From an uncultured bacterium (GTDB taxonomy: Bacteria > Bacillota > Clostridia > Christensenellales > UBA1242), in the NCBI GenBank assembly GCA_949474265.1, contig CASXBC010000001.1, positions 84,216 to 148,215 on the forward strand: 64,000 nucleotides of DNA, written 5' to 3'. The notes below the pieces were generated by a model. That model ran no database searches. It saw nothing but the letters and a program-made list of their open reading frames with translations, and was not told the origin of the DNA. Made by a program: the position numbers and the translations under genes. Shown here piece by piece: positions 1-9,147 of the stretch; the first letter of the stretch is position 1, and each line of letters begins with the position of its first letter.

Positions 1-458
1 TCTGCTTTTGCACCCATGTCTGTTTCGAGTAAGTTTGCATAGCGATATAAGTGGTCAAAGTCCTCAAGAAGTGCAAAATCAAGGGCATCTTTTACATGCT
101 TGTCTTTTACGTTTTGCGCAAGAAATGCGGTGAGGTCGACGGCAAGTTGTTCGTAACCAATCGTGGTTTCAAGCAGATTCTCATCCACAGGCTTCAAGCC
201 CGCAATCAGTTTTTGTTGCTGCTGTTCGTTTTTTCGAACAAGGGCAATTGTTCTGCGTAAGTCATTGTCACTTGAGTGTCTGTGAAAAGCATGACCAAAC
301 CAAACCGACTCATATTCTGTGCCGTTCATAAGAATGCATCTCACCCTAGTGAAAGGGTCAACTTCATTTTTGTTGTAAGGCTTTTGTGCCATGGTCTTCC
401 AACTCATAATGCAAGATTCAAGTTTCTTTGGTTTTTCTAAGAATGGGTTAAACTTCAT
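1..458 (-). CDS. ferritin-like (putative di-iron) domain protein; 3' end lies outside the window
   Basis: Absent from the ORF track because it runs off the window edge. Reverse-strand ATG at 458-456 with a GGAGG RBS (rc of 465-469). Translation MKFNPFLEKPKKLESCIMSWKTMAQKPYNKNEVDPF...NGTEYESVWFGHAF...LLEDFDHLYRYANLLE has E/H pairs resembling ferritin-like four-helix bundles. Family call is from memory only. Confidence 0.4.
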   Translation of the reverse strand, partial: MKFNPFLEKPKKLESCIMSWKTMAQKPYNKNEVDPFTRVRCILMNGTEYESVWFGHAFHRHSSDNDLRRTIALVRKNEQQQQKLIAGLKPVDENLLETTIGYEQLAVDLTAFLAQNVKDKHVKDALDFALLEDFDHLYRYANLLETDMGAKA

Positions 459-655
459 AATATTCCTCCAAAGTTATGGTTGGCTTTAAATGTAAAAATA
501 TACAATCTTTTCAAATTACTGTTGGACAATCTTTTTGTTGCTCGTAAGATATAAGGAAAGTTTTGTCTAATCTTGGAGAAAGAAAACTTTTTTTGACTTT
601 TGGGGTTATTTTTGAATTAATCAAACAAATTAAAATCGAATCAGGAGGTATGATT

Positions 656-1381
656 ATGAAAAAATTAGTTGCAGTTACAATGTCATTGTTTATTCTGCTT
701 TGTGGATTTGTGGGGGTTGGGTTGTTTGCAAATGCGCGCACTGTTATGGCGGACACGGACTTGAATGTGACAATTGTGAATGAGAATGATGAAAAGTATA
801 CAATTACCATAAGTGGTGAGGCAACAAAAAATGTTACACCAGATAAGGCAACAATCTATGCTACAGTTGAAACTTTGGATTTGGATATGAACAAATCAAA
901 AGAAGACAACTTTGCTGCCTTTGAAGAACTTTTGAAAGCATTGAAAGATGCAGGGATTGAAAAAGATAAAGTAGTCTTTGAGGGATTTTCATCTTATCCA
1001 ACCTATGATTATACAAGTGGAAAAAGTTTGACAGGCTACCGCTCAACAACATCTTTTTCTGTTGCATTAGATGATACGGCAGATATTGCAAATATCCTTG
1101 AAGTTTTGACAAAAAATGGAGTTACCAACATCAGACACATCAACTATGAAGTTTCAAATCTTGAAGATGTTTATCAAGATGTTTTGCTTGAAGCTCTTGA
1201 AAATGCAAAATTGAAAGCTCAAAAAGTAACTCAAAGAGAAGATATAAAAATAGTTAGCGTTAGGGAAGAACAAGTTTACTCTTCTACAAGCCTTTATCGT
1301 GACTATGGCAACACTATCCAAGATAATGCAGTTATTGGGCAACTTACTATAAAAGCAAGAGTAACTGTTAGCTTTGAATAA
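656..1381 (+). CDS. secreted SIMPL/DUF541-family protein
   Basis: ORF 563-1381. AGGAGG at 643-648 favours the ATG at 656 (MKKLVAVTMSLFILLCGFVGVGLFANARTVMA signal peptide). The body (PDKATIYATVETLD...SYPTYDY...GYRSTTSFSV) matches the SIMPL/DUF541 pattern. Confidence 0.65.
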   Translation: MKKLVAVTMSLFILLCGFVGVGLFANARTVMADTDLNVTIVNENDEKYTITISGEATKNVTPDKATIYATVETLDLDMNKSKEDNFAAFEELLKALKDAGIEKDKVVFEGFSSYPTYDYTSGKSLTGYRSTTSFSVALDDTADIANILEVLTKNGVTNIRHINYEVSNLEDVYQDVLLEALENAKLKAQKVTQREDIKIVSVREEQVYSSTSLYRDYGNTIQDNAVIGQLTIKARVTVSFE

Positions 1382-1532
1382 AAACGAGTTCAAAACTAAA
1401 AGTAAAATTTTCAGCCAAAAAGATTTGGGATAAAGAATAAAAAGGAACTGCCACAGAATGAGATTATTGAAAATTAACTGACTGTGGCATGTTCTTTTTA
1501 TTAAATTCTTTTGCAATTTTTTTGAAAAACGC

Positions 1533-1560
1533 TTGCAAAACCTATAAAAATATGTATAAT
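1533..1560 (+). promoter_or_regulatory. sigma-70-type promoter for tRNA-Ser
   Basis: TTGCAA (1533-1538), 16-nt spacer, TATAAT (1555-1560), about 30 nt upstream of the tRNA. Confidence 0.5.
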
Positions 1561-1589
1561 ATATAGTGCTTGAAAAAGCAACAATAAAT

Positions 1590-1677
1590 GGAAAGATGGC
1601 TGAGCGGTCGAAAGCGGCGGTCTTGAAAACCGTTGTAGTGAAAGCTACCTGGGGTTCGAATCCCTATCTTTCCGCCA
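1590..1677 (+). tRNA. tRNA-Ser (anticodon UGA)
   Basis: GGAAAGA/TCTTTCC acceptor stem, anticodon loop CTTGAAA, long variable arm (TGTAGTGAAAGCTACC), GGTTCGAAT T-loop, encoded CCA. It overlaps the spurious N-terminus of ORF 1566-2324. Confidence 0.92.
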
Positions 1678-1684
1678 ATCAAAA

Positions 1685-1715
1685 CCTAAACCGATTTTTT
1701 GGTTTGGGTTTTTTA
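1685..1715 (+). terminator. rho-independent terminator after tRNA-Ser
   Basis: CCTAAACC ... GGTTTGGG stem (one G-U pair) followed by a T run. Confidence 0.55.
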
Positions 1716-1751
1716 TTTGCTATATATTTATTTTATGATATAATATTGTAT

Positions 1752-2324
1752 ATGAATAAAGATTTAGTTAAAGAAATTTTAGATAACTATTTAAAAATTT
1801 TTCCTGATGAAAACAAACGACAAGAAAAGTTGTATAAATTTCTAAAGATGAATGATGAAAAATCCATAAGTGATTGGAACAACCTGAATGGGCATTTGAC
1901 TGCTGGAGGCTTTTTATATTCTGTAAAAACTAAAAGATTTCTGGTTTTATGGCATAAGGATTTAAATATGTTTTTATATCCAGGTGGGCATTGTGAGGAT
2001 AATCAACATTCCCCTTTAGAGACCGCAATGGCTGAGATTGTTGAAGAAACCGGAATAAGTAATTTTGAGTTGCTAAGCACTAATAAAAATATTCCAATTG
2101 ACATAGATACTCATTTGATTCCCTTTAACAATAGAATTGGGATGCCAGAGCATTATCATTTTGATTTTAGATACCTTTTTGTAGTTGAAGAGGAAAAATC
2201 TGTTGTAGTTGATGAATCTGAGTTGTCAGAGTATAAATGGATTGACAAAAATGAGTTGGCGGCAGATATTAATTTCGGAAAAATTGTTAAAAAGCTAGAC
2301 AATAACACAATGTTAAAAATATAA
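1752..2324 (+). CDS. NUDIX hydrolase
   Basis: The in-frame ATG at 1752 (MNKDLVKEIL) lies downstream of the tRNA. Nudix box GGHCEDNQHSPLETAMAEIVEETGI. Confidence 0.8.
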   Translation: MNKDLVKEILDNYLKIFPDENKRQEKLYKFLKMNDEKSISDWNNLNGHLTAGGFLYSVKTKRFLVLWHKDLNMFLYPGGHCEDNQHSPLETAMAEIVEETGISNFELLSTNKNIPIDIDTHLIPFNNRIGMPEHYHFDFRYLFVVEEEKSVVVDESELSEYKWIDKNELAADINFGKIVKKLDNNTMLKI

Positions 2325-2340
2325 TCAGGAGGCGTTGAAA

Positions 2341-3795
2341 ATGAAATCTATATTTATAAACAACAAATGGCAGGAAGCGGATGGAGAAGCTTTTGTCTCT
2401 AAAAGTCCAAATGACAACGAAATTGTTTTCAGTGGAAATTTTGCTTCAAAATCCAATTGTAATAAAGCGGTTGCAGCTGCAAAAACCGCACAAGAAAAAT
2501 GGTTTGAGTTGGGACTTGAAAAGAGACTTGAGTATATTAGAAAATTTGTTGAGATTGTAAAAGAAAACAAAGAGGATTTGTCAAAAACAATTTCAATTGA
2601 AGTTGGCAAACCAAAATGGGAGGCTGATGGAGAGATAAATAGTATAATAGGCAAATTAGAGCCGTGCATTGATGCTTACAAAACTCGTTGTTCAGATATT
2701 ATTATAGAAAAAGGAACCGCAAAAGGTATAACAAGATTTAGACCATTGGGCGTTTTGTGTATTATTGGACCCTACAACTATCCAATGCACATGACAAATG
2801 GCCAAATCATGGCTGGTCTTATTGCTGGAAACACAATAGTCTTGAAGCCAAGCGACAAAGCTCCACTTTGTGCCACCAAAATAATGGAATGTTGGCAAAA
2901 AGCAGGTTTGCCAGACGGAGTTGTCAACATGGTTCAAGGTAATGGAGAGACGGTGGCAAACCTTATTCAAAACAAAGATGTCAATGGTGTTTATTTTACA
3001 GGCAGTTATAAAGTGGGGCAAATTATTAGAGGGCTATGTTCTAATAGCCAAATGTTTGCCTTGGAAATGGGTGGAGATGGTCCTGTTGTTGCATGGGATG
3101 CCAACGATTTGCATTCTGCAGCATTAACAGTCATTCAAGGCGCTTTTGGAACAGCAGGACAGAAATGTGTTTCAACAAGGAGATTGATTGTTCCTGATAA
3201 TAAATTTGGTAAAGATTTAATTAAAGAGATTGTTAAAATTGCCAAGAAGATTGTTGTAGGAAAGTTTGATGGAAAAGATACTCCATTTATGGGACCTTTA
3301 AGAACATCTCAAATGGTTGAAAACGCATTAAAGACGCAAAAATATTTGCTATCAAAAGGCGGTGTATCATTGCTTGAAGCAAAAAAATTGTCCATTGGAG
3401 AGTGTTTTATTTCCCCTTGCATTATTGATGTGACAAACGCAAAATATACCCTTAAAGAAGAAGTGTTTGCTCCATTGTTACGAGTGATTAGAGTTAAAAC
3501 TTTTGAGGATGCTTTAGCAGAGGCGAATAAGTCTGAATATGGTCTCGCGGCAAGCATATTGACTAAGGATAAAGATTTGTATATTAAGTTTCTAAATAAT
3601 GCGAAGTTTGGTCTAATTAATTGGAACAAGCCAACAGTTGGCTCAAGTGCATGGGCAGGTTTTGGTGGCATAAAAAACAGTGGCAATTTTAGACCAAGCG
3701 GCTATCTTGCAAGTGATTTTTGCTCTTATGCCGTTGCTAGTGCTGAAGCTGAAACTGTTTCTAATGTTTCTACTCCAAAAGGAATAAAAATTTAG
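2341..3795 (+). CDS. aldehyde dehydrogenase, AstD (succinylglutamate-semialdehyde dehydrogenase)-like
   Basis: AGGAGG at 2327-2332, ATG at 2341. ALDH motifs LEMGGDGP and catalytic-Cys context GQKCVSTRRLIV. GKPKWEADGEI resembles AstD GKPxWEA. Confidence 0.8.
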   Translation: MKSIFINNKWQEADGEAFVSKSPNDNEIVFSGNFASKSNCNKAVAAAKTAQEKWFELGLEKRLEYIRKFVEIVKENKEDLSKTISIEVGKPKWEADGEINSIIGKLEPCIDAYKTRCSDIIIEKGTAKGITRFRPLGVLCIIGPYNYPMHMTNGQIMAGLIAGNTIVLKPSDKAPLCATKIMECWQKAGLPDGVVNMVQGNGETVANLIQNKDVNGVYFTGSYKVGQIIRGLCSNSQMFALEMGGDGPVVAWDANDLHSAALTVIQGAFGTAGQKCVSTRRLIVPDNKFGKDLIKEIVKIAKKIVVGKFDGKDTPFMGPLRTSQMVENALKTQKYLLSKGGVSLLEAKKLSIGECFISPCIIDVTNAKYTLKEEVFAPLLRVIRVKTFEDALAEANKSEYGLAASILTKDKDLYIKFLNNAKFGLINWNKPTVGSSAWAGFGGIKNSGNFRPSGYLASDFCSYAVASAEAETVSNVSTPKGIKI

Positions 3796-3838
3796 TAATT
3801 AAGGATTTGCGAAAACTAAAAATGTAAGGAGACTTTTT

Positions 3839-4744
3839 ATGGGCAAGATTGAAGAATTTGAAAAAATGAAACTTGGGATGTTTGTTCATTTTGGCTTGTA
3901 CAGCATTGTAGGAAAAGGCGAATGGTATATGCACAATGAAAAAGTTTCCAATATTGAATATGAAAAACTCGTAAAAAAATTCAAAGTAAAAAGAAATTGG
4001 GCAAAAGAAATTGTAAAAGTTGCAAAAAACTTTGGAGCAAAATACATTGTGCTTACTACACGGCATCATGATGGTTTTTCTTTGTATGACACAAAGGGAT
4101 TGACTAAATATGATGTAATGAACTCGCCAACAAAGCGAGACTTAGTAAAAGAATTTGTGTCTGAATGTAACAAAAATAAAATCAAACCTTTTTTCTATCA
4201 TACAATAATTGATTGGCATGATGAGAGATTTAACCATAACCCAGAAGCTTATTTTGATTTTCTTAGAAAAAGTATAGAGCTTCTTTGCAACAACTATGGA
4301 GAAGTTGGCGGTTTTTGGTTTGATGGAACTTGGAGTGATGACAATTTTGATTGGCATTTGGATGAAATTTTTAAACTTGTCAAAGAGTTGCAACCTCAGG
4401 CGATTATTTCCAACAATGGTGGCTGGGAGCATCCTGGGCAAATTATTCATCCAGATATTGACTGTATTATTTATGAAAGAGCTTCGTCTGAAAAAACAAC
4501 TCAGAAGCTTGATAGAAAGCATAGGGCGAAAGAAGTATGTCAAACGTTAAACAATCATTGGGGATTTACAAAATCTGATAACAATTATAAGACAGCGGAG
4601 CAACTGAAGAGATTCTTTGACGAATGTCAAGAAAACGGCACAAATTTTCTTCTGAACGTCGGACCTATGAGAAATGGAAAAATTAGAGGCTTTGACAAAA
4701 AACTTTTGAAACACTTTGGTAAATTCATTAAAAGTAATTTATAG
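3839..4744 (+). CDS. GH29 alpha-L-fucosidase catalytic domain (short, 301 aa, no signal peptide)
   Basis: AAGGAG RBS. LGMFVHFGLYSIVGKGEW and TTRHHDGFSLYDT are GH29 signatures. No C-terminal beta-sandwich region. Confidence 0.7.
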   Translation: MGKIEEFEKMKLGMFVHFGLYSIVGKGEWYMHNEKVSNIEYEKLVKKFKVKRNWAKEIVKVAKNFGAKYIVLTTRHHDGFSLYDTKGLTKYDVMNSPTKRDLVKEFVSECNKNKIKPFFYHTIIDWHDERFNHNPEAYFDFLRKSIELLCNNYGEVGGFWFDGTWSDDNFDWHLDEIFKLVKELQPQAIISNNGGWEHPGQIIHPDIDCIIYERASSEKTTQKLDRKHRAKEVCQTLNNHWGFTKSDNNYKTAEQLKRFFDECQENGTNFLLNVGPMRNGKIRGFDKKLLKHFGKFIKSNL

Positions 4745-4843
4745 CAAGATTTCATTTTTGTTTTACCAAAGCTGATTTTTTGTTTAAAAAAGATAAAGAT
4801 TTAGTAAATTTTATGTTACAATGTTGATTAGATGGAGGAACTA

Positions 4844-5224
4844 ATGAAAAAATTGAAATTTTTTAAATGCAAACACTGTGGAAATGTTGTTGTTAAGCTG
4901 GTTGATAAAGCTGTGCCACTTTTTTGTTGTGGAGTGATGATGGAAGAAATTTTGCCAAACACGGTTGAAGCTGCTGTCGAAAAACATTTGCCTGTTGTAA
5001 AGCAAGAAAATGGAATTGTGGAAGTTAAGGTTGGAGAGGTTGCTCATCCAATGGAAGAAGTGCATTTCATCAATTTTGTGGTTGTGGAAACTGAAAATGG
5101 TTTTAGTATTTCAAGTTTGGCACCGCTCAATGCACCAGAGGCAAAAGTTTATGTCGGAAATAGTAAAGTGTTGGCAGTATATGAATATTGCAATCTTCAT
5201 GGCTTGTGGAAAATTGAACTTTAA
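4844..5224 (+). CDS. dfx: desulfoferrodoxin (superoxide reductase, two-domain type)
   Basis: GGAGGA RBS then ATG at 4844. N-terminal desulforedoxin-like CKHCGN...FCCG, then VEKHLPVV...HPMEEVHFI...YCNLHGLW centre II motifs. Confidence 0.88.
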   Translation: MKKLKFFKCKHCGNVVVKLVDKAVPLFCCGVMMEEILPNTVEAAVEKHLPVVKQENGIVEVKVGEVAHPMEEVHFINFVVVETENGFSISSLAPLNAPEAKVYVGNSKVLAVYEYCNLHGLWKIEL

Positions 5225-5297
5225 TAAAATATTGTTTCACAAAAATTGTAAAACGGTATTAGAGAAAAAATATTTGTGATATAATGCTTTTGGAGAT

Positions 5298-6209
5298 ATG
5301 AACATGCGTAAAGGAACGGCAAAGCCTTTTGTTAAATGGGCTGGCGGAAAAGGACAACATTTGAAAACATTTGATGACATGTTTCCAAATGAACTTGTTG
5401 AAGGAAAGTTGAAAACATACATTGAACCTTTTATTGGTGGAGGTGCAGTCCTTTTTCATATCTTGCAAAACTATAATATCCAAAAGGCTTATATAAATGA
5501 TATAAATTCAGAGCTTATCAATTGCTATAAATGTATTAAACAAGATGTGCAAAAAGTGATTGTTCATTTGTCGCAGTTAGAAAAAGAATATTTTGTTTTT
5601 GATGATAGAGCTAAGTATTTTTATAATGTAAGAGATAAGTTTAACAAATCAGAATTGAATGGGAAATTTGATTTTGAGAAATGTGCTGAATTTATTTTTT
5701 TGAACAAGACTTGCTTTAATGGATTGTATAGGGTAAATAGCTCTGGAAAGTTTAATGTGCCACATGGAAAATATAAAAATCCATTAATATGTGATAAAGA
5801 AAACCTGATTTTGTGTTCTGAGGTATTGCAAAGAGTTGAAATCTTTAATGGCGGCTACGAACAAATGTTGGATAAGATTGATAAAAATACTTTTGTGTAT
5901 TTTGACCCACCTTACAGAGCTCTTTTGAAACATAAATCATTTAATAGTTTTGACAAAGCAAGATTTGGCGATGACCAGCAAAAAACTTTGGCGAAAAATT
6001 TTAAGATTGTTTCTGGCAGAGGTGCGGTTTTGATGCTTTCAAACTCTGACCCAAAAAATGTTGACAGCGAGGATGATTTTTTTGATGAATTGTATAAAGA
6101 TTTTTATATAGACAGAATTACTGCAAAAAGAACAATTAACTGTCAGGCAGGTAAGCGAGGAAATATAACGGAAATTGTTGTAAGAAATTTTAAAAGGGAT
6201 GAAGAGTGA
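5298..6209 (+). CDS. dam: Dam-family N6-adenine DNA methyltransferase (GATC type likely)
   Basis: KWAGGKGQHL, FIGGGAV (FxGxG) and FDPPY motifs in the Dam order. The alternative start at 5304 is equally possible. Confidence 0.85.
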   Translation: MNMRKGTAKPFVKWAGGKGQHLKTFDDMFPNELVEGKLKTYIEPFIGGGAVLFHILQNYNIQKAYINDINSELINCYKCIKQDVQKVIVHLSQLEKEYFVFDDRAKYFYNVRDKFNKSELNGKFDFEKCAEFIFLNKTCFNGLYRVNSSGKFNVPHGKYKNPLICDKENLILCSEVLQRVEIFNGGYEQMLDKIDKNTFVYFDPPYRALLKHKSFNSFDKARFGDDQQKTLAKNFKIVSGRGAVLMLSNSDPKNVDSEDDFFDELYKDFYIDRITAKRTINCQAGKRGNITEIVVRNFKRDEE

Positions 6210-6691
6210 ATATTGTAAAACGCTTTAGAGATTTGTCTTTTGTATATTATGACAGAGGAAAATTTGATGATTGGTGTGTGTATCTGAATTTTAGAAACGA
6301 AAAAGTCTTTGCACCAAGGGATGAAAAATGTTTTGAGGTCTTTTTGGAACTGTCAATTATTTATGGAAAAGAAAGAGTCTATAGAGATTTTTGTAATATT
6401 TATAACAAAACTTCAAGTCAAGTTGAAAAGAGTGTGCTTGACATGATTACTGAATTAAGCTTTATTTATGACAAGGATAACTCTGTCAGATTTGATATTT
6501 GGATGACAATTTTGTATATGGCAATGGTGGCAGAAGAAAATAAGAAAAATACGGTTTTGAGAAAAAGAATAAAAAGATTGGGACTTCACCAAGTTTTGTT
6601 TGAGAATCTTTCTGTGACAGAGGCTGCAAATTTTAGCAAAGGTAAAAAAGTGTTTGATTTGAACAAGCTTTGCTTGGAGAGAGGCTTTTGA
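6206..6691 (+). CDS. hypothetical protein, translationally coupled to dam
   Basis: GTGA start/stop overlap with dam (6206-6209). 161 aa with no motif I recognise. Followed by a strong terminator. Confidence 0.55.
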   Translation: MNIVKRFRDLSFVYYDRGKFDDWCVYLNFRNEKVFAPRDEKCFEVFLELSIIYGKERVYRDFCNIYNKTSSQVEKSVLDMITELSFIYDKDNSVRFDIWMTILYMAMVAEENKKNTVLRKRIKRLGLHQVLFENLSVTEAANFSKGKKVFDLNKLCLERGF

Positions 6692-6721
6692 CGAGTTTTA
6701 GTTAAGTTAGCGAGAGAAAAT

Positions 6722-6756
6722 AAAAGCAACTATAATCTTATAGTTGCTTTTTTGTT
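6722..6756. terminator. bidirectional rho-independent terminator
   Basis: AAGCAACTATA (6724-6734) / TATAGTTGCTT (6739-6749), an 11-bp stem with a 4-nt loop, A run upstream and T run downstream. It sits between convergent genes. Confidence 0.8.
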
Positions 6757-6763
6757 TCTTTTT

Positions 6764-7408
6764 TTATTTCAACCAACGCTCTGCATTGTCGAAATATTCT
6801 TGCACTTTTAAAAATGTTTTAGAGAGTGGATAGCCGTCAACAAAGATGTGGCTTACGGTTATGTTTAATGGCATGATAAGTTTGCCATCTTTTTCAAAAT
6901 ACTTTCCCCAGCATACTCTTGGAATACATTGTGAACTTTGGCTTTCTGGTATAGGATGAGTCATTTGTGTGAAAGAAATCCAAGGTAAGCTAGTGATATA
7001 GATATAGCCATATTTTTCATTAGGAAATTCAGCGATAGGTTTATTTTTCTTTGCGGAATCCAAACTGACCTTTGCTTCATCATAGAACTTTTTGTAATCT
7101 TCATAAAATGTCGTGTATGTGTTTACATAAAATCCTGCATCAGTCATTACTGTGAAACCGGGATGAGTTTTTTCGTAAATTGCAGGCATGTCATCAACAA
7201 GCCTCATTCTCAGTTCATCAATATCATTTATTGCCCTGCAAACAAGATAGAGTGTATTAAGAAAAAAGGACTGACCTTTTTGTTTTGACAAAGCTACTAG
7301 TTTTGTCACATCCATTTCAACGCTGCAGCCATACGTGGCATTTCCAAATGATTTAAACATTTTGTATGCTGTTTTTCTATCCATATTTTCAACATCAATA
7401 AATTTCAT
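6764..7408 (-). CDS. chloramphenicol acetyltransferase (CAT)-family acetyltransferase
   Basis: GAGGTG RBS upstream of the ATG at 7408 (MKFIDVENMDRK). CAT-like fold signature with catalytic His context ITVSHIFVDGYPL. Confidence 0.7.
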   Translation of the reverse strand: MKFIDVENMDRKTAYKMFKSFGNATYGCSVEMDVTKLVALSKQKGQSFFLNTLYLVCRAINDIDELRMRLVDDMPAIYEKTHPGFTVMTDAGFYVNTYTTFYEDYKKFYDEAKVSLDSAKKNKPIAEFPNEKYGYIYITSLPWISFTQMTHPIPESQSSQCIPRVCWGKYFEKDGKLIMPLNITVSHIFVDGYPLSKTFLKVQEYFDNAERWLK

Positions 7409-7475
7409 ATTGTTCACCTCTATATTTTCTAAGTATAACAGAATATCTTTTGCATTAAAAGTAAAAACAAAAAAT

Positions 7476-7495
7476 AAAAGCACTATTGTGCTTTT
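7476..7495 (-). terminator. short hairpin terminator between the HD gene and the CAT-like gene
   Basis: AAAAGCAC TATT GTGCTTTT palindrome overlapping the stop codon of the HD gene. Confidence 0.4.
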
Positions 7496-8085
7496 TGTTT
7501 TAAAATCAAATTTATTTTGTTTACAAGCTTTTGTTGAGATGAAGTGAAGGTGATGTTTTTAGAAAGATAATTTATGATGTTTTGTGTATCTCTAAAGATT
7601 CTTTCTCTTTTTTCTGCTGGAGATTTGTCAAGGTCGCTTATGTTGTCAAGTCTGTCTGCAAGTTTTACAAAGAGTGCATAACTTGTCATGTGTTGCATTT
7701 TGTGGCTGAGATATGTGTCTTTCCCTTCCATTCGGCAAGCGACACTTGCTGTTGTCACTTCCATGACAAGGCTTGCGATTGCTTCCCTAAAACATTCTTC
7801 AAGTTCTCTATAAGAAGTGTATGTATCTTCAAGTGTGTCATGAAGGAGTGCGGCAGCTATCAAAACTGAGAAATTCTTTGAACGCTTATTTTCAAAGACA
7901 ATTTCAGCAACTCTTATTGGATGTATTATGTAAGGTTCTCCGCCATCACGCTTTTGGTCTTTATGTTTCTCTTTTGCAAATAGATAAGCTTTTTTAGTTA
8001 GCTCTATAAGATTTTCATTATATTTGGAATAAGATGCTTTTAATTTATTGTAAAATCTTTGCCATTCCAATTCTTCGTTTATCAT
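7483..8085 (-). CDS. HD-domain (p)ppGpp hydrolase-like protein (RelA/SpoT hydrolase domain only)
   Basis: GGAGGG RBS then ATG at 8085 (MINEELEW). EPYIIHPIRVAEI and AALLHDTLEDT motifs. About 200 aa with no synthetase domain. Confidence 0.75.
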   Translation of the reverse strand: MINEELEWQRFYNKLKASYSKYNENLIELTKKAYLFAKEKHKDQKRDGGEPYIIHPIRVAEIVFENKRSKNFSVLIAAALLHDTLEDTYTSYRELEECFREAIASLVMEVTTASVACRMEGKDTYLSHKMQHMTSYALFVKLADRLDNISDLDKSPAEKRERIFRDTQNIINYLSKNITFTSSQQKLVNKINLILKQKAQ

Positions 8086-8160
8086 ATCCCCTCCAAAATT
8101 GGTTTGATAGGGAAAGTATAGCATATAAGTTTTAAAAAGTTAAACACAAAATGTAAATTT

Positions 8161-9147
8161 TTAAATTTTTGTTTTACTTATCAAGGTCTGATAGGCGGTT
8201 TTTATGTTTTTTGTAAAAGAATTTTTATCAGTGGTTATTGTTTTAGTTTGATTTTTATCATGGATTAGAATCTGAGCACTGTCACAGTTTATTTTAAAAC
8301 AAACAAATTTCAACTTTGGATTTGCTTTGAAGTCAACGACAGTGCCTGTTTGTGAAAGGTCAAAGCAGGAGCGAATATTTAAGACTGTGTTTGACGAGGA
8401 CAATAGTTTTGCACAGTCTGGGTGTATGACTTTGGCGTCCATGCTGGTCATGATTTCCAATTGGTCATAAGAAAGATGTTTGATTAGATTCCCTTTTGCA
8501 ATTAGAGGATTTATGTCATAAACTCCATTTACATCAGTCCAATTTTCATAAAGAGAAGCATTTAAGCATTTTGCTATTAATGCACCAGAAAAGTCTCCGC
8601 CACCTCTTGAAAAAAGTTGTATAGAATCGTTTTCATCTTTTCCATAAAACCCACAAGTTGCAAAACGGCGGTTGTTATTTAAAGCGGATTCTAAAGCATA
8701 TTGAGTTTTTTGTTTGTCAACAATGCCACTCTTAAAAAATACCAATTCTTCTGCTGGCACAAATGCAAGATTTAAAAATTGTGACATGATTTGAGTGGTA
8801 AAATACTCTCCACGAGAGATGAGAAAATTTTTATCTTTGCTTATTTGGTAATGAGCTTCAGCTATGCTAAATTCTTTTTCAACATCAAAACTGACGCTGG
8901 TGTCTTTTGATAGTTTTTTTAATTTTGAAATTATTTTAGTTTTTGTTTGATTGTAGGAAGCGGAATTGGCAGGTTCGTTGCACAAAGAAATCAAAAGGTC
9001 AGTCAGTTTTTCATCAAAAGTATTTTCTTTGCCAATGGCTGAAAAGACAAAGACAGTCCTTTCTAAATTTTCATTCTTTAATTGTTTAATGTTTTCTAAT
9101 GCTGTTTTATTTGCAGTGCAACTTCCGCCAAATTTGCAGACTATCAT
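8161..9147 (-). CDS. aspartate kinase (short form, about 328 aa)
   Basis: MIVCKFGGSC start. SRGGGDFSGALIA...WTDVNGVYDINP...LSYDQLEIMTSMDAKVIHP kinase motifs. The ATG at 9147 overlaps the dapA stop as ATGA. Confidence 0.8.
   Translation of the reverse strand: MIVCKFGGSCTANKTALENIKQLKNENLERTVFVFSAIGKENTFDEKLTDLLISLCNEPANSASYNQTKTKIISKLKKLSKDTSVSFDVEKEFSIAEAHYQISKDKNFLISRGEYFTTQIMSQFLNLAFVPAEELVFFKSGIVDKQKTQYALESALNNNRRFATCGFYGKDENDSIQLFSRGGGDFSGALIAKCLNASLYENWTDVNGVYDINPLIAKGNLIKHLSYDQLEIMTSMDAKVIHPDCAKLLSSSNTVLNIRSCFDLSQTGTVVDFKANPKLKFVCFKINCDSAQILIHDKNQTKTITTDKNSFTKNIKTAYQTLISKTKI

Noticed and set aside
1566-1751. N-terminal extension of ORF 1566-2324 (MLEKATINGKMAERSKAAVLKTVVV...)
   Set aside because: It is a translation through tRNA-Ser (1590-1677) and its terminator. 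The NUDIX protein starts at the ATG at 1752.
6206-6691. ORF downstream of dam as a DpnII/MboI-type restriction endonuclease
   Set aside because: It is much smaller than the GATC-specific endonucleases as I recall them. I see no PD-(D/E)XK, HNH or GIY-YIG motif. It is kept as an unknown partner rather than called a nuclease.
9144-9147. Alternative genetic code (TGA as Trp, Mollicutes-like), given the AT-richness
   Set aside because: Trp is encoded by TGG throughout. TGA terminates genes at sensible lengths (for example dapA at 9144-9146), so the standard code 11 fits.
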